From NCBI GenBank assembly GCA_963844035.1, contig CAWJMT010000030.1, positions 1-13,694 of the forward strand: 13,694 nucleotides of DNA, in the 5' to 3' direction. A program made the translations under genes and the position numbers. The notes beneath the pieces are model-generated. The model made no database searches. It was not told the origin of the DNA and saw nothing but the letters and a program-made list of their open reading frames with translations. The stretch is from an uncultured Gemmatimonadales bacterium (GTDB lineage Bacteria; Gemmatimonadota; Gemmatimonadetes; Gemmatimonadales; GWC2-71-9). Below, piece by piece: positions 1 through 7,020 of the stretch (positions are counted from its first letter, which is position 1; each line of letters starts with the position of its first letter).

Positions 1-482
1 ATAGAGAATCCACATGAAGGAAACGGTGCCATGTGGATAATCCCCGGTGGGGCTCCGGTCGCGTGCCAGTACGATCCGGCCGGGGTGGCGGCGGCCGGCG
101 TGGCGGCCTGCGGGGCAGCGGCCTCTTCGCCCATGCGCACGACCCCGTTGATCTCTCCTCCTTCATGGACCAGCAAGCGTCGGCTGGTGATGTCGCCGTG
201 CACGACGCTCGTGGCCTGGATCTCCACGCGCTCCTCGGCAACCACGGTGCCGCGCACCTCGCCGCCGATAATCGCTTCGCGAGTGACGACGTCACCCTCG
301 ACCTCGCCCCCCTTGGCAACCAGCACTTGCCGGCCGGCGCGCACGGTACCGACGACGGTGCCTTCAATCTTCACCACGCCGTCTGCCGTGATGTCGCCCA
401 CCACCCGCATGCCGGGGCCGATGATTGACAGCGCGCCCTGCGATTCCGGCGCGCCGTGTCCCTTCTCGGTGAAGATGGCCAT
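1..482 (-). CDS. Bactofilin (polymer-forming cytoskeletal protein, CcmA family); 3' end runs off the window
   Basis: Not in the ORF track because it has no stop in the window. Read by hand from ATG at 482: MAIFTEKGHGAPESQGALSIIGPGMRVVGDITADGVVKIEGTVVGTVRAGRQVLVAKGGEVEGDVVTREAIIGGEVRGTVVAEERVEIQATSVVHGDITSRRLLVHEGGEINGVVRM. This is the typical beta-helix G-x-V/I repeat pattern. It starts 1 nt after the M23 stop (TGA-C-ATG). Confidence 0.92.
   Translation of the reverse strand, partial: MAIFTEKGHGAPESQGALSIIGPGMRVVGDITADGVVKIEGTVVGTVRAGRQVLVAKGGEVEGDVVTREAIIGGEVRGTVVAEERVEIQATSVVHGDITSRRLLVHEGGEINGVVRMGEEAAAPQAATPAAATPAGSYWHATGAPPGIIHMAPFPSCGFS
32..40 (-). promoter_or_regulatory. DnaA box (TTATCCACA, perfect)
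   Basis: TGTGGATAA at 32-40 on the + strand is the exact reverse complement of the consensus. A second degenerate box, GAATCCACA (7/9), lies at 6-14 in the opposite orientation. The setting is locally AT-richer and close to gidA/parAB/parS. Confidence 0.6.
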
Positions 483-483
483 G

Positions 484-1480
484 TCAATTCTCCCGTTTCA
501 CCATCGTGAGCGGATCGAGCGATTTCCCGTCGAGACGAATTTCGAAATGCAGGTGCGGCGCGGTCGAGTGCCCCGAGCTCCCGGACAGCGCGATCACCTG
601 CCCCGCCTGCACCGAATCGCCCTCTCGCACCAGCAGCCGCGACGCGTGGCCATACATGCGTCTCATAGTGCCCGGGATGTAGCAAGAGCACAAACAGCCC
701 AAACGCGGAATCGGTCCCCGCCTTCTCCACCACGGCGCCTCCCGCCGCGCGCACCGGTGTGCCCAGGGGCACTGCAATATCGATCCCGGAGTGCGATTCC
801 GCTGGGTCGCCGGGCTTCACTTCGCCGCGGGTCACGAACCCCGCCGCGTCCAGCGGCCAGCGCAGTGATGCTGACGACTCCGGCGCCTTCCGTGCCGATG
901 ACGACGTCCCAGTCCCTGCCGGTACAGGCGCCGGTGCCGGTGCCGGTGCCGCTGCCGCCGGTGCCGCCGCTGCTGCCGCAGTCGGTGCCGGCCTCGATGC
1001 CGGGCTGGCGTCGGTGCCGGCGGCGGCGGAGTCGGTGTCGTGGCCGGTGCCGGTGCCGCGCCACTGCCGGGGTCGAAGAGGAGTCGAAGGCGGAACGGGA
1101 GCCGCGGTGGGAATGCTCGCCCGCAGCGCCACGGCACGCATCATGTCCTCCTCGGGCATCGGCGCAGGCGCCGCGCCCGCGCGGCCACCGAGCAGCTGCC
1201 GCAACTCCTGATAGTTCGCCTCCGCCCGGCTCAGCGCCTGGGCGAGCGCTTGGACGCGACCATTCTCCTTGCTCAGACGCGCGACTTCGCGTTCCAGTCC
1301 CGGCACCCGTGCGGCCGCGTAGGTCAGCGGCTCCGCGAACGCGAAGAACAACACTACCAGCAGAGCGACCGTGACGGCGCTCCACTTCCCTGCCTCGAAC
1401 GCCCAGAGCGGGACGTGATACTTCTTGGTGCTGGGATCGCCGTCGATGTGGACGACGATCGTGACGCCGCGCGGCTTCAT
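484..1480 (-). pseudogene. Membrane-anchored M23 metallo-endopeptidase (LmdC/Csd1-like layout), split by a +1 frameshift at ~658; possibly an intact gene with a sequence error
   Basis: ORF 371..1480 gives an N-terminal peptide, a TM helix (WSAVTVALLVVLFFAFA), a coiled coil, a Pro/Ala linker and the first half of M23 (WPL...HSGIDIA, HxxxD). ORF 484..777 gives the second half (YGHAS...GQVIALSGSSGHSTAPHLHFEIR, HxH). Removing base 658 joins them as ...HYET-MYGH..., about 331 aa. Confidence 0.88.
930..1060. repeat. Degenerate GCCGGT/GCCGCT short tandem repeats encoding the Pro/Ala-rich linker of the M23 protein
   Basis: (GCCGGT)x3 at 930-947 followed by degenerate units; (GCCGGT)x2 at 1043-1054. 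Confidence 0.7.
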
Positions 1481-2361
1481 CCGTCGAACGGCGCGCCCAG
1501 TACGAGCTCGAGCAGGCGAGCCAGATCGTCGTTGGAGTAGAACGCGACATGGATCTGCCCCTTCCCTTTCGCTCGCAGCGTGACGCGCACGTCGGTCCCG
1601 AGACGGCGGCGCAGTGCGTCTTCGACGCGGCGCACCTCGGGCGCCTGACCGACGCCGCGTTTGAGACGCGGGCGACGGACGGGTGCGCGCCCGCCCCGCA
1701 CGCGATCTTCGATCTCGCGCACCGAAAAACCCTGCGCGACCGCTTCCCGCGCAAGCTGCGCGGCAGCGCGCGGGTCCTCGACCGCGAGCAACGCGCGGGC
1801 GTGCCCCACCGACAGGTGCCCTTCGTGCAGCATCGTGAGCACGGCGGCGGGCAGCTTGAGGAGTCGGAGCGCGTTCGCCACCGTGGAGCGGTCGCGCCCG
1901 ACGGCGTCCGCAACGTCCTGTTGCGCCAAACTGAATTCCGCGAGCAGGCGCTCATAGCCGCGCGCTTCGTCAACGGGCGACAAGTCGTCCCGCTGCAAGT
2001 TTTCGATGAGGGCGAGGGTCAGGGCGGTGCGATCGTCGACTTCCCGCTTGACGGCGGGGATGCGCTCCCAGCCGAGCGCCTGGCACGCGCGCAGCCTCCG
2101 CTCCCCGGCGATCAGCTCGTATCCGGCGCCGCTCGGTCGGACGACGATCGGCTGCAGCAGACCCGCCTGACGGATGGACGCCTTGAGCTCCTCGAGTGCA
2201 GCGGGGTCGACGTCTTGACGGGGTTGGAAGGGATTCGGGCGGATATCGACGACTGCCAACTCGACCAGACTGCCGTCGCGCTCGGCGTCCTCGCGGGTGG
2301 GGCCGAGTAGGGCTTCGAGCCCTCGGCCGAGCCGGCGGCGTCCAACGGTGACTTCGGTCAT
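1477..2361 (-). CDS. parB: Chromosome partitioning protein ParB/Spo0J
   Basis: 294 aa. N-terminal LGRGLEALL ParA-activating peptide, PNPFQPR, GLLQPIVVR, ELIAGERRLRA CTP-binding motif, ENLQRDDL, HTH region (GRDRSTVANALRLL). ATGA overlap with the parA stop. Confidence 0.98.
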   Translation of the reverse strand: MTEVTVGRRRLGRGLEALLGPTREDAERDGSLVELAVVDIRPNPFQPRQDVDPAALEELKASIRQAGLLQPIVVRPSGAGYELIAGERRLRACQALGWERIPAVKREVDDRTALTLALIENLQRDDLSPVDEARGYERLLAEFSLAQQDVADAVGRDRSTVANALRLLKLPAAVLTMLHEGHLSVGHARALLAVEDPRAAAQLAREAVAQGFSVREIEDRVRGGRAPVRRPRLKRGVGQAPEVRRVEDALRRRLGTDVRVTLRAKGKGQIHVAFYSNDDLARLLELVLGAPFDG

Positions 2362-3179
2362 GCGGGCACCTCGGGCAGCGGTTCAACCGCGGGGGGGGCA
2401 GGGGACTCCGCCCGTTCGACGCGAGCGATCAACTCCTGCGCCACGGCGAGATAGCTCCGGGCGCCGACCGACTGGACGTCGTACAGGAGGATCGGCTTAC
2501 CGAAGCTCGGCGCTTCGGCCAACCGCACGTTGCGGGGAATCGTGATGCCGAACATGCGCGGCCCGAAATACTCCTTCGCCTCCTCCGCCACCTGCTTGCA
2601 GAGGTTGAGCCGCGCGTCGTACATGGTGAGCAGGACGCCATCGATCGCCAGCGTCGGATTGAAGTTTCGTTGGACGAGCTTGATCGTGTTGAGGAGCTGC
2701 GAGAGTCCTTCAAGCGCGTAGTACTCGCACTGAATCGGAATCACGACGCTGTCGGCGGCGGTCAGCATGTTCAGGGTGATGAGACCGAGCGACGGCGGAC
2801 AGTCGATGATCACGTATTGGTACTGCTCGCGGATATCGCGCAGCGCGCGCTTCATGGCCATCTCGCGCCCTTTGCGATTCACCAGCTCGAGCTCGGCACC
2901 TACCAGATCCTGGTTGGAGGGAATGAGATCGAGGAAAGGGAAGTGGACGTGCGCGAAGCGCGCGTCCTCGAGCGGCCGGTTCTCCATGAGCACGTCGTAC
3001 AGCGAGTAACGAATGCGATCGCGCTCGATGCCGACACCGCTCGTCGAGTTCCCTTGAGGATCGCCATCGATGAGCAGCGTCTTCCGCTCCGCGGTCGCGA
3101 GCGAGGCGGCGAGATTCACGGCGGTGGTCGTCTTGCCGACACCGCCCTTCTGATTCGCGATCGCGATTACGCGCGACAT
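2358..3179 (-). CDS. parA: Chromosome partitioning ATPase ParA/Soj
   Basis: 273 aa. Deviant Walker A NQKGGVGKTT, DGDPQGN, IIDCPPSLG, PIQCEYYALEG, IPRNVRLAEAPSFG. Confidence 0.98.
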   Translation of the reverse strand: MSRVIAIANQKGGVGKTTTAVNLAASLATAERKTLLIDGDPQGNSTSGVGIERDRIRYSLYDVLMENRPLEDARFAHVHFPFLDLIPSNQDLVGAELELVNRKGREMAMKRALRDIREQYQYVIIDCPPSLGLITLNMLTAADSVVIPIQCEYYALEGLSQLLNTIKLVQRNFNPTLAIDGVLLTMYDARLNLCKQVAEEAKEYFGPRMFGITIPRNVRLAEAPSFGKPILLYDVQSVGARSYLAVAQELIARVERAESPAPPAVEPLPEVPA

Positions 3180-3182
3180 TCG

Positions 3183-3207
3183 TAAGTTATTGTATTATAA
3201 TGACTTA
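3183..3207. promoter_or_regulatory. 9-7-9 palindrome TAAGTTATT-GTATTAT-AATGACTTA; probable protein-binding site at the parA start
   Basis: Arms match 8/9. It lies 3 bp upstream of the parA ATG and is extremely AT-rich compared with the rest of the window. Confidence 0.6.
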
Positions 3208-3232
3208 TATATGAGTTCTGCATTGCGGTTAG

Positions 3233-3262
3233 AATATACTGAAGCAGGACCGCGATTGTAAA
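3233..3262 (-). promoter_or_regulatory. Putative sigma70-type promoter for parAB
   Basis: On the minus strand, TTTACA (3262-3257), an 18-nt spacer, then TATATT (3238-3233). An additional TATAAT lies at 3199-3194. Confidence 0.55.
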
Positions 3263-3268
3263 GAGGGA

Positions 3269-3284
3269 AGTTTCACGTGAAACA
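3269..3284. other. parS: parS centromere-like site
   Basis: AGTTTCACGTGAAACA is a 15/16 match to the consensus TGTTTCACGTGAAACA, with a perfect 14-bp palindrome core at 3270-3283, directly upstream of parA. Confidence 0.95.
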
Positions 3285-3300
3285 GGGAGGCGAGATCCCT
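3284..3300 (-). terminator. Weak hairpin after mnmG, possible terminator
   Basis: On the minus strand AGGGA-TCTCGCC-TCCCT (5-bp stem) is followed only by GTTTC, so the U-tract is poor. Confidence 0.25.
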
Positions 3301-3322
3301 TAACCAATTGGATTACGACGTG

Positions 3323-5188
3323 TTACGCAACGGAACGACGGCGACGAAACGCCTCGACCACCAAGTTGTGAAGGTCGCTCGGGGAAACGCCAGGCACCCG
3401 GGCCGCTTGCGCCAGCGTCGCGGGACGAACGCTGTTGAGCTTTTGTCGCGCCTCGGTCGCGAGACTCTTCAGCTCGAGGTAGGGCAGGTCGGCGGGCAAC
3501 TCGAACGACGCCATCTCGGCCAAGCGGCTGGCGGCCTCGCGCTCGCGCGCGAGGTAGCCCGCGTACTTGATCTCGATCTCCACGGCGGCGAGCGCGTCGT
3601 CGCCTGCCACCGAGATCCCCGCGGCCTCGAGCAGCGCACGCAGTGAAACTCCCGGACGCCGCGCGACCGCGGCTACGCGATCGGCTTCGGCAAGGCTGGT
3701 TCCCGACGCCGCCAGCACCGGCGCCGCTTGCGCGGGTGTGATCGTCGTTGCCTGCGCCGTCTCGAGCAGCCGTTCTTCAGCGCGCAGCTGCTGCTCCGCC
3801 ACTCGCAGCTCTGCGGGGGTGAGCAACCCCAGGCGCTCTGCCAGGGGCACCAGCCGCCGCAGCGCGTTGTCCTGGCGGAGCAACAAGCGAAACTCGGAGC
3901 GCGACGTGAACAGGCGATACGGCTCGTCGACACCGCGCGTGACCAGGTCGTCCACCAGTACACCGATGTATGCGTCGTCCCGTCCCAGGATCACGGGCTC
4001 CTCACCGCGCAACCGTCGGACCACGTTGACCCCGGCCACTGCTCCCTGACCCGCGGCCTCTTCATACCCTGTCGTGCCGTTGATCTGACCAGCGAAAAAC
4101 AAATGCTCCACCGCCTTGGTCTCGAGCCACGGCGTGAGCTGGGTGGGAGGATAGTAGTCGTACTCGATCGCGTAGCCCGGGCGCGTCATCGCGGCCCGCT
4201 CGAGACCGGGCACAGCGTGCAGCAGCTCGAGCTGCACGGGGACGGGCAGCGAGGTGGAGAGCCCGTTCACGTACAACTCATGCGTGTCGAGCCCCTCCGG
4301 CTCGAGGAATATCTGATGGCGCTCCGCGGCGGGGAACTTGACGATCTTGTCTTCAATGGATGGGCAATACCGCGGGCCTCGGGCGCTGATCGCTCCGCCG
4401 TACAAGGCCGACTCGTGGATGTGCTCCTGAATGATCTGCTTGGCGCGGGGTCCGGCCCACGTGATCCAGCAGGGGACCTGGCGCGGCAGGACATCGCGTT
4501 CGAAGTATGAGAAGCGATACTCGACACCGTCGCCGTCCTGACGCTCTACCTTCGACCAGTCGACGGTTCGTCCATCGATCCGCGGCGGCGTCCCGGTCTT
4601 GAAGCGCGATGAGATAAGTCCAATATCTTCAATATGTTGCGCGATCGCGACCGCCGGTTGATCGCCCGCGCGCCCGGCGGGAATCGCCGTGTCAGTGCCC
4701 AGGTGAATGCGGCCGCGCAAGAACGTACCGGCCGTGATCACCACGGCGCGCGATGTGAGTCGCCGCCCGTCGGCCAGCTCGACCCCGTGCAGCGCGGCTC
4801 CCTCGACGATCAGGCGCGTGACCATGCCCTGCGCCAGCTCGATTCCCTCGACGCGTTCGAGCAGCGTGCGAACCGCGCGGCGGTACAGTGTGCGGTCGCA
4901 TTGCGCGCGGGGCGCCCACACCGCCGGGCCCTTGGAGCGGTTGAGCATACGAAAATGGATCGTGGCCCGGTCAGCGGCCCGCCCCATCACGCCGCCGAGC
5001 GCATCGACCTCGCGCACCACGGTCCCCTTGGCAATTCCGCCGATCGCGGGATTGCAACTCATTTGGCCGATGGTATCGAGGTTCGACGTCAGGAGCAGGA
5101 CGCGGGCACCCAATCGCGCGGCCATGACGGCGGCCTCGGAGCCGGCGTGGCCGGCACCGACAACAATCACGTCATAGTCAACAGGCAT
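3323..5188 (-). CDS. mnmG: tRNA uridine-5-carboxymethylaminomethyl(34) synthesis enzyme MnmG (GidA)
   Basis: 621 aa. VVGAGHAGSEAA FAD-binding motif, MSCNPAIGGIAKG, RFKTGTPPR, GPRYCPSIEDK, AGQINGTTGYEEAAGQG, EPYRLFTSRSEFRL. Confidence 0.99.
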   Translation of the reverse strand: MPVDYDVIVVGAGHAGSEAAVMAARLGARVLLLTSNLDTIGQMSCNPAIGGIAKGTVVREVDALGGVMGRAADRATIHFRMLNRSKGPAVWAPRAQCDRTLYRRAVRTLLERVEGIELAQGMVTRLIVEGAALHGVELADGRRLTSRAVVITAGTFLRGRIHLGTDTAIPAGRAGDQPAVAIAQHIEDIGLISSRFKTGTPPRIDGRTVDWSKVERQDGDGVEYRFSYFERDVLPRQVPCWITWAGPRAKQIIQEHIHESALYGGAISARGPRYCPSIEDKIVKFPAAERHQIFLEPEGLDTHELYVNGLSTSLPVPVQLELLHAVPGLERAAMTRPGYAIEYDYYPPTQLTPWLETKAVEHLFFAGQINGTTGYEEAAGQGAVAGVNVVRRLRGEEPVILGRDDAYIGVLVDDLVTRGVDEPYRLFTSRSEFRLLLRQDNALRRLVPLAERLGLLTPAELRVAEQQLRAEERLLETAQATTITPAQAAPVLAASGTSLAEADRVAAVARRPGVSLRALLEAAGISVAGDDALAAVEIEIKYAGYLAREREAASRLAEMASFELPADLPYLELKSLATEARQKLNSVRPATLAQAARVPGVSPSDLHNLVVEAFRRRRSVA

Positions 5189-5200
5189 GGCAGGAAACTA

Positions 5201-5635
5201 CTAGGGAGCAGGAACGGCATAGGCGCACAGACGGGCAGCGGGAAACAGGCGGGAGTCAACGGGATTAGGAGATTTCTCGGCGGACTGGCCGATCTTCCTC
5301 ATCAACCCGAATAAGGTCTTGCTCGTCTCCGTGGCGAGTGCCTCCAGGCGACCGAACTCAGCGGGCCGCAGGTAGCCGACCTCGTGCGCGATCCCCAGGG
5401 CCGTTTCCACTTCCGCCAAGGACCCCCACGCGATGTCGAGGTAGCGTCGGTACTCTCTCGACCCCTTCCGGGCGGTTCCTTCCGCGATGTTCAGGGGAAC
5501 GCTGTAGCAGGCGCGCCGGAGTTGGTCGGCAAGAACGGTCTGTTCGCATTCCGGAAACGCCTGGGCCGCCTTGACGCACTCGACCGCGAGTCGCTGCGCG
5601 TGCTGCCATGCCTTGAGCGTCTGATGGTTGGGCAT
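5201..5635 (-). CDS. Four-helix-bundle protein (23S rRNA intervening-sequence protein family, TIGR02436/PF05635-like; structurally related to DGR Avd)
   Basis: From ATG 5635: MPNHQTLKAWQHA...FPECEQTVLADQLRRACYSVPLNIAEG...EYRRYLDIAWGSLAEVETAL...GYL. This matches the family pattern L-x-x-WQ...QxRRA-x-S-x-x-x-NIAEG...I-A-x-GS-x-x-E. 144 aa; the 26-aa extension to 5713 in the ORF track looks non-coding. Confidence 0.92.
   Translation of the reverse strand: MPNHQTLKAWQHAQRLAVECVKAAQAFPECEQTVLADQLRRACYSVPLNIAEGTARKGSREYRRYLDIAWGSLAEVETALGIAHEVGYLRPAEFGRLEALATETSKTLFGLMRKIGQSAEKSPNPVDSRLFPAARLCAYAVPAP
5227..5251. repeat. Left arm of a degenerate inverted repeat flanking the four-helix-bundle gene
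   Basis: ACAGACGGGCAGCGGGAAACAGGCG is 18/25 identical to the reverse complement of 5711-5735. It sits in a purine-rich array of ~8-11 nt units (CGGGA recurs at 5239, 5250 and 5260). Confidence 0.65.
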
Positions 5636-5710
5636 GGTACCGGACGATAGGATCAAGAGGAGCAGATGGGGAATCATTCGCTTGCAGTCCGTACCCGACC
5701 TACGCACTAA

Positions 5711-5735
5711 CACCTGTCCGCCGCTTGCCGTCTAT
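5711..5735. repeat. Right arm of a degenerate inverted repeat flanking the four-helix-bundle gene
   Basis: CACCTGTCCGCCGCTTGCCGTCTAT; its reverse complement ATAGACGGCAAGCGGCGGACAGGTG aligns to 5227-5251. The CGTCTA unit repeats at 10-nt spacing. Confidence 0.65.
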
Positions 5736-5760
5736 CGTCGTCTAGCTCTTTGCATTTCCT

Positions 5761-7020
5761 CTACGCTGCCTTTACCCACCTTACTAGTTCCCTCAGGCTG
5801 GGCCGCTTTCCCGTCATCAGAATCCCCACGCGGTAGATCCGCGCCGCCACCCACGTGGCGCCGACGATCCCCACCGCGAGCAAAACGAGTGAAGCCGCGA
5901 GCTCCAGCGCGGGCAGGTCGCCCGCCGCCCAGCGCACCGGCATTGCGATCGGGGAGGTGAAGGGAATGAGTGACAATGTCACGGCGAGGGCAGACTCGGG
6001 ATTGTTGAGGAGCGCGAACATGGAGAGGAACGCGACCACCAGGAGGTACACAATCGGCTGTTGTGCCTGCTGGGCCTCCTGCTCGTTCGAAGACATTGCG
6101 CCTACAGCGGCGAACATCGCGGCGTACAGGAAAAACCCGCCGATGAAGTAGGCGAGAAAGATGAAGACCGTTGCGCCCGACACCTGCGGGATCCGAAACA
6201 GGGGCTCCGGCGTGTCGAGACCGCCCCAATGCCCCCCGAGCGCCGACCCCACGCCGAGCAGGGCCTTCGCGGCAATCCCCCAGAGCAGGAATTGAAACAG
6301 CGACACCGCTCCGACACCGAGGACCTTACCAAGCAGCAGCGGAAACGGCCGGATCGACGACACCAGCACCTCGACGATCCGCGTCGTTTTCTCTTCGAGC
6401 ACCGCGCTCTTCACGTTCACGCCGTACATCACGATCGCCATGTACAGGATGACCGCCATGAAGTACGCCAGCGAGAACGATTGCGCCGCGCTTTCTCCCG
6501 TCGCATGCGACCCGGAGACTTTGGTCGTGATGAGGGTGATCCCTTGCCGTGCCCGCGTCAGGACGTCCGGATCGACACCCGCACGCTCGAGCCGGGCCGC
6601 CGTGACCACGCTCGACAGTATGGTCTCGAGCTCCTTGATATCGCGCAGCGCCGACACGTTCGATGCCCGGTACTCCGCCACCCCGGTCGCCACCACATCC
6701 TCCGAGAGAATCAGCACACCGTCGAGGCGCTTGGCACCGACCTCTCCCATGAGCGAATCGAGCACGCTGGTGCCTGCGCTTACGAGGACACCGCGGAGCG
6801 TGGTGCCGGCGTTCAGAGCGGCGATGACCCGCGCGCCGAAGTCCGCGTTCGTGCCGTCCACGACGGCGATTCGCTTGGTTCCGCCGGCGGACGCGAACAC
6901 GACCGGCAGCAGAAACACCGCGGCAAAGAAAATCGGACCGAGCAGGGCCGAGACCCAGAACCACTTGCGGCGCACCCGCTCGAGAAACTCGCGCCGGATC
7001 ACCGCCCAGACCTTACGCAC
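5761..7020 (-). CDS. ABC-2 type exporter permease (NatB/YhaP-like)
   Basis: 419 aa with a GTG start and GGGAG RBS. N-terminal REFLERVR plus a TM helix, a large extracellular loop, EEKTTRIVEVLVSS, GKVLG, 5 further TM helices, IPFTSPIAMPVR and RIYRVGILMTGK. Confidence 0.93.
   Translation of the reverse strand: MRKVWAVIRREFLERVRRKWFWVSALLGPIFFAAVFLLPVVFASAGGTKRIAVVDGTNADFGARVIAALNAGTTLRGVLVSAGTSVLDSLMGEVGAKRLDGVLILSEDVVATGVAEYRASNVSALRDIKELETILSSVVTAARLERAGVDPDVLTRARQGITLITTKVSGSHATGESAAQSFSLAYFMAVILYMAIVMYGVNVKSAVLEEKTTRIVEVLVSSIRPFPLLLGKVLGVGAVSLFQFLLWGIAAKALLGVGSALGGHWGGLDTPEPLFRIPQVSGATVFIFLAYFIGGFFLYAAMFAAVGAMSSNEQEAQQAQQPIVYLLVVAFLSMFALLNNPESALAVTLSLIPFTSPIAMPVRWAAGDLPALELAASLVLLAVGIVGATWVAARIYRVGILMTGKRPSLRELVRWVKAA

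Noticed and set aside
930..1060. CRISPR array
   Set aside because: Only 3-6 nt tandem units within a coding linker; no repeat-spacer structure.
663..1973. 436-aa minus-strand ORF overlapping parB and M23
   Set aside because: Arg-rich alternative frame of two real genes.
3299..3316. Near-palindrome TAACCAATTGGATTA after the mnmG stop; considered as a dif site
   Set aside because: Does not match the XerC/XerD dif consensus, is short, and the region looks origin-proximal.
5201..5635. Diversity-generating retroelement, suggested by the Avd-like fold
   Set aside because: No reverse transcriptase and no TR/VR repeat pair with adenine-specific mismatches seen in the window.
5190..5770. rRNA gene or classical IS around the four-helix gene
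   Set aside because: Flanks are protein-coding genes, not 23S rRNA; no transposase or target-site duplication.
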